Assembly: GCA_964603595.1 (NCBI GenBank)
Contig: CAZRVN010000003.1
Span: forward strand, 71,603 to 135,602
Reading direction: 5' to 3'
DNA: 64,000 nucleotides
Source: an uncultured Actinomycetota bacterium
GTDB taxonomy: Bacteria; Actinomycetota; Humimicrobiia; Humimicrobiales; Humimicrobiaceae
The first letter of the stretch is position 1. The number at the start of each line of letters is the position of its first letter. A program made the position numbers and the translations under genes. Shown here in pieces: positions 9,072 to 18,957 of this stretch. The notes beneath the pieces are model-generated. The model did no database searches and was not told where the DNA came from. It was given only the letters and a program-made list of their open reading frames with translations.

Positions 9072-10991
9072 ATGAAAAATACATCTGTTTTTAAAATAAT
9101 AAGACAAATTGCATTTGATGCATTAATAATATTTTCATCATTTGTAATATCCTTTTTTTTAAGAGGTCAGATAGGATTAATAGATACAGGTCTTTTTTCG
9201 CAATATTCAAATTCTATGATCTGGTATGTTATTATTGTTGTTATCGTCAAAGTCCTGATGCTATGGCTGTTCGGGACTTATAGAAGAGTATGGAAGTATG
9301 CTTCTTTAAAAGATATGGTAGCTATTGTTGAAGCTGCTACACTTGGTTCTATAGTTCTGGCAGTTATTTTTTATGTTTTGAGTTATCCAATATCTTTTTT
9401 TGGTCTTGAGATAAAATTTTCTTTACCCTTTTTCCCCAGAAGCATATTTGTTATTGATTACCTGCTTACCCTTATTCTTATAACCGTATCAAAATTTTCG
9501 GATAGGTTTTTTAATGAGTTGAAGTTTGGGAGTCCAGACACAAGAAAAAAGAGAGTGTTAATTATTGGAGCAGGTGATGCGGGAGAGATGATTGTCCGTG
9601 AAATGATAAGACAGAAAAACAGCGAATATATGCCTACAGGATTTCTGGATGATGATTATTCAAAGATAAAAAATAAGATACATGGAGTGAGTGTTCTGGG
9701 ACCCATAGCTAAAATGGAGAGTGTGATTAAGGATTATTCCATTGATGAGGTTATAATAGCAATGCCCTCGGCATCCGGTAGTGTGAGAAAAGAGGTAGCG
9801 GTAAGAGCAAGAGAATTGGGCGTAAACTGTAAAACTCTGCCAAGTCTCTATGAGGTAATTGACGGGAAGGTATATCTTTATCAGGTAAGAGATATAGAGA
9901 TTGAAGATATTCTTGGGAGAGAGGTAATAAATATAAAAATTCCCGAAGTGGTTTCTGAAATAAGAAATAAGGTCATGCTGGTCACGGGGGCAGGCGGGTC
10001 CATAGGTTCTGAAATATGCAGGCAGGTTATAAGATTTAAACCGGAGAAATTAATACTCGTGGATCATTCGGAAAATAATCTTTTTTTAATACTTGAGGAA
10101 CTTGGAAATAAATTCGCCTTTATTTCAACATTCCCTATAGTTATTGATATAAGAGATAAACAGGCGCTGAGGAGTGTTTTTAAAAAATATAAGCCGGATA
10201 TAGTTTTCCATGCTGCTGCATATAAGCATGTCCCGCTTATGCAGCTCAATCCAAAAGCTGCAATCCTAAATAATTATCTTGGAACAAAGCTGCTGGCAAA
10301 ATTTTCCATTGAATATGGGGTTAAAAGGTTTGTTATGCTCTCTACCGATAAGGCAGTTAAACCAAGTAATGTAATGGGGATATCAAAATTACTTTCAGAA
10401 AAATATTTACAGTCCCTGTCAAAGGTTAAAAATACCAGGTTTATAATTGTAAGGTTCGGCAACGTCCTGGGGAGCATGGGAAGTGTGGTTCCTCTTTTTA
10501 AGAAGCAAATACAATCCGGCGGGCCTGTAAGGGTTACCCACCCCAATATGAAAAGGTATTTTATGACCATCCCAGAGGCATCCCAGCTGGTTATTCAATC
10601 ATGTATAATGGGAAATGGAGGAGAGATATTTGTTCTTGATATGGGTGAGCCCATAAATATACTGGACTTGGCCAAGAATATGATAAGGATTTATGGCATG
10701 GAACCGGGAAAAGACATTGAAATAAAATATACAGGTCCCAGGGACGGGGAAAAAATGGATGAGGAGTTGGTAAACGAAGATGAGGAATTGACGCCAACGG
10801 ATTTCAAGCATATATATGAAGCAAAGAACAATAAAAAGAAAGGTAAATTCAACAGAGATGAGATAATCAATATATTGTTCAATATAGAAAAAGAGATCCA
10901 GATTGATGATTATGAAAATTTATTTAAGGAATTAAAGAAAATTGTCCCCCATTTTAATGCAAAAGAAATGTGGACAAAGTTATATGAATAA
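9072..10991 (+). CDS. membrane-bound UDP-HexNAc 4,6-dehydratase, CapD/PglF/WbpM family
   Basis: 639 aa. Four N-terminal TM helices, then two Rossmann motifs (LIIGAGDAGEM and VTGAGGSIGSEICRQV) and an SDR catalytic region. Confidence 0.85.
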   Translation: MKNTSVFKIIRQIAFDALIIFSSFVISFFLRGQIGLIDTGLFSQYSNSMIWYVIIVVIVKVLMLWLFGTYRRVWKYASLKDMVAIVEAATLGSIVLAVIFYVLSYPISFFGLEIKFSLPFFPRSIFVIDYLLTLILITVSKFSDRFFNELKFGSPDTRKKRVLIIGAGDAGEMIVREMIRQKNSEYMPTGFLDDDYSKIKNKIHGVSVLGPIAKMESVIKDYSIDEVIIAMPSASGSVRKEVAVRARELGVNCKTLPSLYEVIDGKVYLYQVRDIEIEDILGREVINIKIPEVVSEIRNKVMLVTGAGGSIGSEICRQVIRFKPEKLILVDHSENNLFLILEELGNKFAFISTFPIVIDIRDKQALRSVFKKYKPDIVFHAAAYKHVPLMQLNPKAAILNNYLGTKLLAKFSIEYGVKRFVMLSTDKAVKPSNVMGISKLLSEKYLQSLSKVKNTRFIIVRFGNVLGSMGSVVPLFKKQIQSGGPVRVTHPNMKRYFMTIPEASQLVIQSCIMGNGGEIFVLDMGEPINILDLAKNMIRIYGMEPGKDIEIKYTGPRDGEKMDEELVNEDEELTPTDFKHIYEAKNNKKKGKFNRDEIINILFNIEKEIQIDDYENLFKELKKIVPHFNAKEMWTKLYE

Positions 10992-11014
10992 CAGGACGCA
11001 GGTTTATACGTCAT

Positions 11015-11587
11015 ATGTCTTATAGAATCATAAAAATAATTTTAGATATGATGCTGTCGATTATCCTGATGATTCTTTTTATTCCCTTCTGGATTATTGT
11101 ACCTCTAATTATTAAAATTGATTCCCCGGGAAATGTAATATTCAAACAAAAAAGGGTGGGAATAAATAGCGAATATTTTTATATTTTAAAATTCAGGACT
11201 ATGAAAGAAGGGACTCCCGATATACCAACAGATAAATTTAACAATCAAAATCATCTCTATACCAGAACAGGTAAAATCTTGAGAAGGTGGAGCATTGATG
11301 AGTTTCCCCAGATTATAAACATATTAAAAGGAGAGATGAGCTTTGTAGGACCGAGGCCGGCACTGTATAATCAGGATCTTCTTATAAAACTTAGGAAGGG
11401 AAAAGGGGTAGACAGAGTAAAGCCGGGTGTAACCGGGCTTGCACAGGTAAATGGGAGGGACGATCTCTCAATTCCTGATAAAGTTGCCTATGACCATTTA
11501 TATATAAAAGATGCTTCTATATGGCTGGATTTAAAGATATTTTTAGTAACAGTTAAAGCTGCAATTACGGGTAGAGGCGCGCGATAG
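11015..11587 (+). CDS. small monotopic phosphoglycosyl transferase (PglC/WecP-like 'bacterial sugar transferase' domain only)
   Basis: 190 aa. One N-terminal re-entrant helix plus the conserved sugar-transferase core (…KFRTM…DEFPQIINILKGEMSFVGPRP…). Confidence 0.8.
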   Translation: MSYRIIKIILDMMLSIILMILFIPFWIIVPLIIKIDSPGNVIFKQKRVGINSEYFYILKFRTMKEGTPDIPTDKFNNQNHLYTRTGKILRRWSIDEFPQIINILKGEMSFVGPRPALYNQDLLIKLRKGKGVDRVKPGVTGLAQVNGRDDLSIPDKVAYDHLYIKDASIWLDLKIFLVTVKAAITGRGAR

Positions 11588-11624
11588 GGTAGTAATTTTC
11601 TAGTTATTCTTTTAATTCCACTGG

Positions 11625-12506
11625 TTATTTTAATTCTTTTATCAGTTTTTCTATACCTTCTTCAAAGCTTGTTGGAGAAAAGTTAAAATCATTTGAAGCT
11701 TTACGGTATGAATATACTTTATCTATGCCTGTTCTATCTATCTGGTCGGGGGTGAGAGCTGGGTTTCTGGAAATTCCTGCGTAAATAGAAATTAAAAATT
11801 TTCCTAATCCGGAAGGTACCTTTATTGATTTGAACTGTTTTTTTAATTTATGCCTGACAATTTCCAGCATATCATTATATTTTAATGGGTTTTTACCGGA
11901 TATATTATAAATCTGCTTAAAAGTTTTTTTATTGTTTAAAGTAGATACGATAGCGCTTGCAACATCTTCAATATATATGGGCTGTATCAAATTATTTCCG
12001 CTTCCAAAGGTTATAAAAAATCTCCTCTTCTTTATAAAATCAATCATACTTGAAAAATTGTTATCATCTTTTGAGCCATAAATCATAGAAGGCCTTAAAA
12101 TAGTATAGTCAAGTCCTGAATTTTTAATCAGGTTTTCAGATATTATTTTTTTAGTCTTTACCTTGCTTTCAAGGGGAATCAGCACTGTTGTAGAACTGAT
12201 GAAGACAGCACGTTTCAGGCCGGCCCTCTCAGATGCTTTAATAAAGTTTTCTAAAAGATTTGCATGTTCAAGGTCAACCATGTAAATTGCAATTTCTGCC
12301 TTTTTTAACGGGGTGATTATAGAGTCCGGACTCTGAAGCGTTCCTGTGCTGAAATCAACCTCTCCCCCGGTTTTCTTTGCCGTATCTTCCAGTTCTAAAG
12401 TACTGCTCGATGTTCTTATAAGGCAGCTGACTTTAAAACTTTTTTTTAATAGTTTTTCCAGTACCGGTTTCCCTAAAAAACCAGTGGCTCCAATAAGTAA
12501 TATCAT
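11625..12506 (-). CDS. NAD(P)-dependent epimerase/dehydratase family protein (atypical SDR; candidate 4-keto reductase)
   Basis: 293 aa with an N-terminal GATGFLG Rossmann motif and an NmrA/SDR-like fold. No clear YxxxK, so the exact activity is uncertain. Confidence 0.55.
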   Translation of the reverse strand: MILLIGATGFLGKPVLEKLLKKSFKVSCLIRTSSSTLELEDTAKKTGGEVDFSTGTLQSPDSIITPLKKAEIAIYMVDLEHANLLENFIKASERAGLKRAVFISSTTVLIPLESKVKTKKIISENLIKNSGLDYTILRPSMIYGSKDDNNFSSMIDFIKKRRFFITFGSGNNLIQPIYIEDVASAIVSTLNNKKTFKQIYNISGKNPLKYNDMLEIVRHKLKKQFKSIKVPSGLGKFLISIYAGISRNPALTPDQIDRTGIDKVYSYRKASNDFNFSPTSFEEGIEKLIKELK

Positions 12507-12875
12507 TTAAATCTCCTGCAGTTACTAAAATTATTAAGTTTAATTATTAACCAAAATAGAAAATATTATAAGACCTGTTTTATTTATGTAATTATTGCCC
12601 GGAATAAAAGACCTGTCTCCAGGCAATAAAATTTTTTATTTTAATATGTCAGGACAGTAAATTCTTTCTGGTGCAGTGAATTTTAATATTCTTTCCGCAA
12701 GTGTAAAAAAATTTTATATATGTGCAGTAATTATGTCAATTACCCTATAAGGGTTATCCATGTATTATTATGGTTTTGGAGTTAAATTATATATAATTTG
12801 TGTTATTATTTTATAGATCTGGGTTGATAAGCTTGGTATAAATTTCAGTAAAAATAGAGCAGAAAGAAAAGAATA

Positions 12876-13937
12876 ATGGTATGGATAATCTATGCGGTTC
12901 CTGCAGCGACTGTTTTGATTATAATACTGGTTTTATACATGTTCTGGTATGAACCGGCTAATTTTAAACTATCGGAAGTAGATATAGTTATAAGTGATAG
13001 TGGCCTTCAAAGCAAAAACAGGTCGGAGGGCAAGGTAGCAGAAGGTCCGGATAAGACCGGTGGCAGACCGCTTCTAACTATTCTGCATCTATCTGATTTT
13101 CACCTGAGGAAAAATTCTAAAGGCAGAAAGCTATTCCAGTTCGTAAGGAGTCTGGAGGAACTGAAGCCGGATTTTCTTTTTATTACCGGAGATTTGCTGG
13201 AAAGCGGCCGTAATATAGATTATCTTGCAGAAATGCTCTCGCCTTTACGCGCAAAGTTAGGCAAATATGCTGTTTTAGGTGCGCACGACCACTATGAAAA
13301 AGCATTTATAGAATTTACAAAAAATATGTTTAAAAAGAAAAGGTCATACAGGAAAGAAAATGATATTTTTTACCTTAAAAGGAAATTAAAGGATATCGGG
13401 ATTGGAACCCTTTTAAATGAGGGCAGATCATTTGAGCTGAAGCGAAATGGCATGGATACTGTTGAGGTTATAGGACTTGATGACCCGGTGATAGATAAAA
13501 TTGATATTGATGGGGCATTCTCCAATTATTCTTCCAGGGAAGGAAGAGAGCTTCAATTAAAAAATAAAAAGGATTACAAAAAAGCTTACAGGGATGTATT
13601 CAGTTTAAGCAGCAAAAAAGTGCATAGTTTAAATGAAAAAGGCAGATTACGCACGGTTCTTTTGCATACTCCGGATTCTGATTCAATAATAAACCTTGCC
13701 GGAAGGAAGACAGATATTATATTTTGCGGGCATACACATGGAGGCCAGGTAAGACTCCCGTTCATAGGAGCAATAATTTCAGGTTGTAAAATAAAGACAA
13801 AGTTCGCATCAGGCCTTTTCTATTTTAAAAATGTAGTACTATTCATTACACGAGGACTCGGGGAGGGTAAATATTCACAGTTCAGATTTTACTGCCAGCC
13901 GGAAGCCAACCTGATAAGGATATATAAAACTGATTAG
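12876..13937 (+). CDS. membrane-anchored calcineurin-like metallophosphoesterase (YkuE/YaeI-like)
   Basis: N-terminal TM. Metallophosphoesterase motifs LSDFHL, GDLLESG, GAHDH and GHTHGGQ. There is a long Lys-rich insertion between motifs III and V. Confidence 0.7.
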   Translation: MVWIIYAVPAATVLIIILVLYMFWYEPANFKLSEVDIVISDSGLQSKNRSEGKVAEGPDKTGGRPLLTILHLSDFHLRKNSKGRKLFQFVRSLEELKPDFLFITGDLLESGRNIDYLAEMLSPLRAKLGKYAVLGAHDHYEKAFIEFTKNMFKKKRSYRKENDIFYLKRKLKDIGIGTLLNEGRSFELKRNGMDTVEVIGLDDPVIDKIDIDGAFSNYSSREGRELQLKNKKDYKKAYRDVFSLSSKKVHSLNEKGRLRTVLLHTPDSDSIINLAGRKTDIIFCGHTHGGQVRLPFIGAIISGCKIKTKFASGLFYFKNVVLFITRGLGEGKYSQFRFYCQPEANLIRIYKTD

Positions 13938-14114
13938 AGATAATAACCTAAAGAATTATTGAGTTTGGATAAAGTCAGGCATATATTACCTCCGGTGAAT
14001 GTGTTATTTACAGGTGAGATTAAAAAGTAAAATAAGCTGTCAATTGAACTATCCAAGGGTTGTGTTTACAATAATATTAAGTTCATATATTAATAAGTTT
14101 AAATAAATATATTT

Positions 14115-14966
14115 ATGAAAGCCGATAACAGGAAAAGAAGCTTTAGTCCAATTTTAAAATTTACCATGATTGTAATCCTTTTGTTTCTGGTTGGTTTCTT
14201 TATATTTTACGGTATTGATAACCCCGGTTTTTTTAAGAATAAATTTCCCTCTATTTTTAGCAGGAACGGAGAAAACGGGATAGAAAATACGGGAGGTGTT
14301 GAAACAGCTGCCGGTAACGGAACAGGGGAAGATACATATGAGACAAACAATACTAATGCAGGTACAGATGTAAATGGGGCTGAGGGTGATATTATCGTGA
14401 GTGAGCTAGAGACAGATAGTGATGTTCCGGATGGAGACAGAGAGAATTCTACTGTTAGTTTATCTTTATGGCAGAAAATTAAAAATTTTATAGCAGGTTT
14501 TGCCGGCGGGGAGGATAACGTAGAAAATAACACGGTTTATCCTGCAAGTGTGGAGATAAATATTTATTTCTCCGGTACGGGAGAGGAGAAGAAGCTAGTT
14601 TCAGAGAAAAGAACTATAAATTCGGGAAACCCGGATGTTGCAGTTCAGAATGCAATGCAGGAGCTTCTCAAGGGTCCTGCTAAATCGTATCATTTCCCGT
14701 TAATACCTGCAGGGACGGAGTTAATTAGTGCAGAAACTAAAGACAACATAGCAAAAATTGACCTTTCACAGGAATTTCTTGAAGAAAGTCTGGATACAAG
14801 GATACTGGATGAATATATCATCTATTCAATAGTAAATACTCTAACAGAGATACCGGAGGTAGAAGGTGTTATTTTTTATATAGAAGGTATAAGAATTAAA
14901 GTTTATGGCAATATAGACCTTTCAATTCCGGCTATTAGAAACAAAGAATTGATAGGTGATGATTAA
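14115..14966 (+). CDS. GerMN-domain lipoprotein/membrane protein with acidic low-complexity linker
   Basis: N-terminal TM, a G/N/T/D/E-rich linker, then a GerMN domain (…VQNAMQELLKGP…YIIYSIVNTLTEIPEVEGV…). Confidence 0.7.
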   Translation: MKADNRKRSFSPILKFTMIVILLFLVGFFIFYGIDNPGFFKNKFPSIFSRNGENGIENTGGVETAAGNGTGEDTYETNNTNAGTDVNGAEGDIIVSELETDSDVPDGDRENSTVSLSLWQKIKNFIAGFAGGEDNVENNTVYPASVEINIYFSGTGEEKKLVSEKRTINSGNPDVAVQNAMQELLKGPAKSYHFPLIPAGTELISAETKDNIAKIDLSQEFLEESLDTRILDEYIIYSIVNTLTEIPEVEGVIFYIEGIRIKVYGNIDLSIPAIRNKELIGDD

Positions 14967-15097
14967 TCGATTAAGGGATTTAATTAAATGGCTAAAATAA
15001 TGTGAAAAGCTGAAAAGGAGCAAAAAGGTCCTGAATGTAAGAGAAACGGCTGAAGATATAAAGTATGGAGCGATATTTTAGCAGGAGGTGAATTTTA

Positions 15098-17155
15098 TTG
15101 TACAGTGTTGGCGTTGATGTTGGGGGAACCTTTACAGATTTTATAGTTTATAATGAAAAAGAAGAAAAAATTGATGTTTTTAAAATTCCTTCTGATAAAA
15201 AAACTCCCTGGCTTAAGGTAATAAAGGGGCTTAAAAAGGGGATAAAAGAAAAAGATGAAATATCTGATATACGCCACGGGTCAACTACCGGGATTAATGC
15301 AGTGATCGAAGGCCGGGGAAGTTTGACTGCCCTTCTTACCACAAAAGGTTTTAAGGATTTGCTTGAGATTGGCAGACAGAAGCGTCCTCATCTTTATAAT
15401 CTGCACATGAAGAAACATAACCCTTTAATACCGGGTTATCTCAGGATAGCAGTAAACGAAAGAATGGATAACGAGGGAAAAAGTATAATTCAAATTGATA
15501 GAGATGAAATTTTAAAAATTGCAGAAAGGTTGAAAAAAGAAAAAATAAGAGCAGTAGCAGTTTTATTCTTAAATTCCTATATTAATGGCGAAAATGAGGA
15601 TGAAGCTGCGAAAATATTAAGTAAAAACTTGCCGGGAGTCTATATTTCCGTATCATCCAGGATAATTCCCGAGTTCAGGGAGTATGAAAGATTATCCACG
15701 ACAGTTTTGAATGCTTATCTGGGCCCCATTTTTAAAGGTTATCTTGAGAGTCTTATCTCTGAACTCAAAAAAAATAAAATAAAAGCGCCTTTATATATAT
15801 CCCAGTCTGACGGGGGCTTAATATCTCCTGAAAGTGCTATAGAGATACCTGTAAGAACTTTATTTTCAGGTCCTGCAGCAGGGGTTCTGGGGGCATCTTT
15901 TTTATATGGTAGTAGCAGTAATAGAAATAATGATGATATCGTGACTCTGGATATGGGCGGTACCAGTACGGATGTGGCAATAATTTCAGGGTCAAAACCT
16001 GTAAAGACAACAGAAAAAAGAGTTATGGAATACCCGGTTAAACTTCCTGCCGTGGATGTTTTTACAATTGGTGCCGGCGGCGGAAGTATAGCTGCTGTTG
16101 ATGAAGGAGGGTTTTTAAAGGTTGGTCCGGAGAGTTCAGGAGCCATACCCGGTCCTGCATGTTATGACAGGGGTGGAAATGAACCTACAGTAACCGATGC
16201 AAATCTGGTTATCGGTACCCTTGGGGTAAGGACCATGCTTGGTGGGGGGATGGAGCTTAATCCGGAGAAAGCAGAGAAGGCAATTGAAAGCCAGGTCTCA
16301 AAACCGTTAAAAATTTCTTTGATTGAAGGAGCATGGGCAGTAATACGTCTTGTAACATCAGATATATCAGAAGCAATAAGAAAAATATCGATATCGAAAG
16401 GTTTTCATCCCCGGGATTTAAAACTTATAGCTTATGGTGGTGCGGGCCCAATGCACGCTGCCCTGGTTACAGAGGAGCTTGGAATAGGTGAGATTATAGT
16501 TCCGAAAGCACCGGGAGCTTTTTCTGCGCAGGGTCTTCTTTACGGTAATGCCACAATGGATTTTGTAAAAACAATAAAGGGGATAAAAAAGAGTGACATA
16601 TCCAGTATTATTATGGATTTTAAAAATAAGGCAGGAGACTGGTTTAAAAAAGAAAATATCTCTTATGGTAAACAAAGGCTGGAGTGGTCCCTTGATATGA
16701 GGTATAAAGGGCAAAATTACGAGATAAACATACCTGTTTCAAAAAGGGACATAGATGATTTGGAGAAGTATAGAATAGATAAGATAAAAAAGGTTTTCTA
16801 TAAGAAACATGAAGATTTCTATGGCTACGTACTTGATGGCGTTGAAGTAGAGTTAGTAAATTTAAGGTTAAGATGTATTGGAAATATATCATTAAAAGCC
16901 AATCATAGTTTCTATAAAGGTGGGGAGAATAAGAATGTTTCCGGGAAGAAACCTGAAAAAGAAATAAGGGAGGTTTATTTTAACAGGAAAAAGAGATCTA
17001 TAAAAACCCCTGTGTATAAAAGAAGCAGCCTTGGTTGTGGATTTAAGATAGAAGGACCGGTAATAATAGAGCAACTGGATTCGACAATAGTTATTCCTCC
17101 GGGATATAAGGGGAAGGTCAGCGAAGATGGTAGTTTTATTATTAAAACCGGTTAG
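15098..17155 (+). CDS. hyuA: hydantoinase/oxoprolinase family protein, A subunit (HyuA-like, ATP-binding)
   Basis: 685 aa, TTG start behind AGGAGG. N-terminal MYSVGVDVGGTFTDF actin-fold ATPase signature of the Hydantoinase_A family. Confidence 0.85.
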   Translation: MYSVGVDVGGTFTDFIVYNEKEEKIDVFKIPSDKKTPWLKVIKGLKKGIKEKDEISDIRHGSTTGINAVIEGRGSLTALLTTKGFKDLLEIGRQKRPHLYNLHMKKHNPLIPGYLRIAVNERMDNEGKSIIQIDRDEILKIAERLKKEKIRAVAVLFLNSYINGENEDEAAKILSKNLPGVYISVSSRIIPEFREYERLSTTVLNAYLGPIFKGYLESLISELKKNKIKAPLYISQSDGGLISPESAIEIPVRTLFSGPAAGVLGASFLYGSSSNRNNDDIVTLDMGGTSTDVAIISGSKPVKTTEKRVMEYPVKLPAVDVFTIGAGGGSIAAVDEGGFLKVGPESSGAIPGPACYDRGGNEPTVTDANLVIGTLGVRTMLGGGMELNPEKAEKAIESQVSKPLKISLIEGAWAVIRLVTSDISEAIRKISISKGFHPRDLKLIAYGGAGPMHAALVTEELGIGEIIVPKAPGAFSAQGLLYGNATMDFVKTIKGIKKSDISSIIMDFKNKAGDWFKKENISYGKQRLEWSLDMRYKGQNYEINIPVSKRDIDDLEKYRIDKIKKVFYKKHEDFYGYVLDGVEVELVNLRLRCIGNISLKANHSFYKGGENKNVSGKKPEKEIREVYFNRKKRSIKTPVYKRSSLGCGFKIEGPVIIEQLDSTIVIPPGYKGKVSEDGSFIIKTG

Positions 17156-17254
17156 GACGTTTTTTGTAAGATCGGCAGTAGCATCAGAAAGAGGTTAAAC
17201 AGATATATAAAAAATATGGAAAAGTTATAGGTTGAAAAAGGAAAAATCTCTGTC

Positions 17255-18871
17255 ATGGGTAACATAGATATAATAACTGCAAAAGTGATAGGAAACCGCC
17301 TTAAGAGCATATCTGAGCTTATGGGTGAGGTGCTGGTAAGAAGTGCTTTTTCATCCAATATAAAGGAAAGAAGAGATTGCTCAACTGCGGTATTTGATGG
17401 AAGGGGCAGACTTATAGCACAGGCAGAACATATACCTCTTCACCTGGGATCCATGATGGGGATAGTAAGGGAAGTAATCGGACAATTTGGAAAAGATATA
17501 AATCCTGAAGATGTGTTTATAGCAAATGACCCTTACTTCGGTGGGACTCACCTTCCTGACGTAACTGTCGTTTCTCCATTTTTTAAAGGTAAAAAGCTCA
17601 TTAATTTTACTGCCAATATAGCTCACCACTCGGATATCGGTGGAGTGAGACCTGGAGGAATTGCGGGCGATGCAGGCTCAATATATGAGGAGGGCTTAAG
17701 AATTCCTCCTGTCAAGCTTGTTAAGGCCGGGAAGACTGATAAAAATTTATTCAACTTTATAGTTAAGAATTGCAGGGTTCCCCTTGAAAGGGAAACTGAT
17801 TTAAAAGCTCAAATAGCTACAAATAAAATTGGTATCAGGTATCTTAATGAACTTTATGGCAAGTATAGTATAAAGATTGTCGAAGATGCAGTTGAAAAGC
17901 TACTATCCTATACCGAGAAAAGACTCAGGGCAAAAATTAAAAAAATCCCGGATGGCAGGTATTTGTTTGAAGATAAATTAGATGATGACGGAATATTGGA
18001 TAAACCTGTTCCTATAAAAGTGTGCATAGAAGTAAGAGATGAGAATTTAGAAATTGATTTCTCAGGAACAGGCAATCAGAGCAGAGGCGCAATAAATGTG
18101 GTGAGGTCTGCTCTTCTTGCTACCATTTATTATTCAATTAAAGCTTTTCTGGACCCCGGTTTACCTGCAAATGAGGGATTGGGAAGGGTTTTAAGTATAA
18201 AAACGACTCCCGGAAGTATAGTTAATCCATTGGAGCCGGCAGCGGTGGGGGCAAGAACTGATACCTGCCAGAGAGTAGCAGGTGTATTAATAGGAGCTTT
18301 TAATAAGGCGATGCCGGGGAAGGCGGTTTCTGGTTCTAATGATGCAAGTACTGCTATTGTGCTGTCAAAAGAAGATAATTTTGTTTATGTTGAAGCCGTA
18401 GGTGGCGGGTCCGGAGCTTCTGAAAGCGGGGATGGTCTTGATGGTGTGCAGGTTCATGTTACTAATACTTCAAATCTCCCCATAGAAGTCTTGGAGTCGG
18501 AGTTTCCAATAAGGGTTTTAAGTTATGAACTTATACCTGATTCCGGGGGAAAGGGTAAATACAGGGGAGGACTTGGTATCAGGAGAAAAATTGAAATACT
18601 TGAGGATAATGTTCTATTTTCTTCTCATGGAGATAGACATAAATTTCCTCCTTGGGGATGGAATGGTGGTGAAAGCGGCAGGACCGGCAGATTCCTGATT
18701 AATGGAAAACGTATTTCTTCTAAATGTTCCGGCATAGTTCTAAATAAGGGTGATGTTATTGTTATAGAGACTCCCGGGGGCGGGGGTTTTGGCGACAAAA
18801 AGGGAAGACCTAAAGAGCTTATGGAAAAAGATGTAAGGGATGGAAAAATGGGCTGGTATGCTAAATCATAA
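17255..18871 (+). CDS. hyuB: hydantoinase B/oxoprolinase family protein (HyuB-like)
   Basis: 538 aa, clear Hydantoinase_B family pattern (…DPYFGGTHLPD…). Immediately downstream of hyuA. Confidence 0.85.
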   Translation: MGNIDIITAKVIGNRLKSISELMGEVLVRSAFSSNIKERRDCSTAVFDGRGRLIAQAEHIPLHLGSMMGIVREVIGQFGKDINPEDVFIANDPYFGGTHLPDVTVVSPFFKGKKLINFTANIAHHSDIGGVRPGGIAGDAGSIYEEGLRIPPVKLVKAGKTDKNLFNFIVKNCRVPLERETDLKAQIATNKIGIRYLNELYGKYSIKIVEDAVEKLLSYTEKRLRAKIKKIPDGRYLFEDKLDDDGILDKPVPIKVCIEVRDENLEIDFSGTGNQSRGAINVVRSALLATIYYSIKAFLDPGLPANEGLGRVLSIKTTPGSIVNPLEPAAVGARTDTCQRVAGVLIGAFNKAMPGKAVSGSNDASTAIVLSKEDNFVYVEAVGGGSGASESGDGLDGVQVHVTNTSNLPIEVLESEFPIRVLSYELIPDSGGKGKYRGGLGIRRKIEILEDNVLFSSHGDRHKFPPWGWNGGESGRTGRFLINGKRISSKCSGIVLNKGDVIVIETPGGGGFGDKKGRPKELMEKDVRDGKMGWYAKS

Positions 18872-18957
18872 ACTGATTTAACTTATGGAAACTTTATGTA
18901 ATTTTATTTATTATTAAATTAGATTTTTAAATAAGTCCGGCAAGAAAGGGAGGAAGC

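Noticed and set aside
12876-13937. Metallophosphoesterase as a phage/defence nuclease (SbcD/Mre11-like)
   Set aside because: It is membrane-anchored, YkuE/YaeI-like, with no SbcC partner or nuclease capping domain. A housekeeping phosphoesterase is more likely.
15098-18871. hyuA/hyuB as acetone (or acetophenone) carboxylase
   Set aside because: Those enzymes need a third small gamma subunit encoded adjacent, and none is present. A generic hydantoinase/oxoprolinase-family assignment is kept instead.
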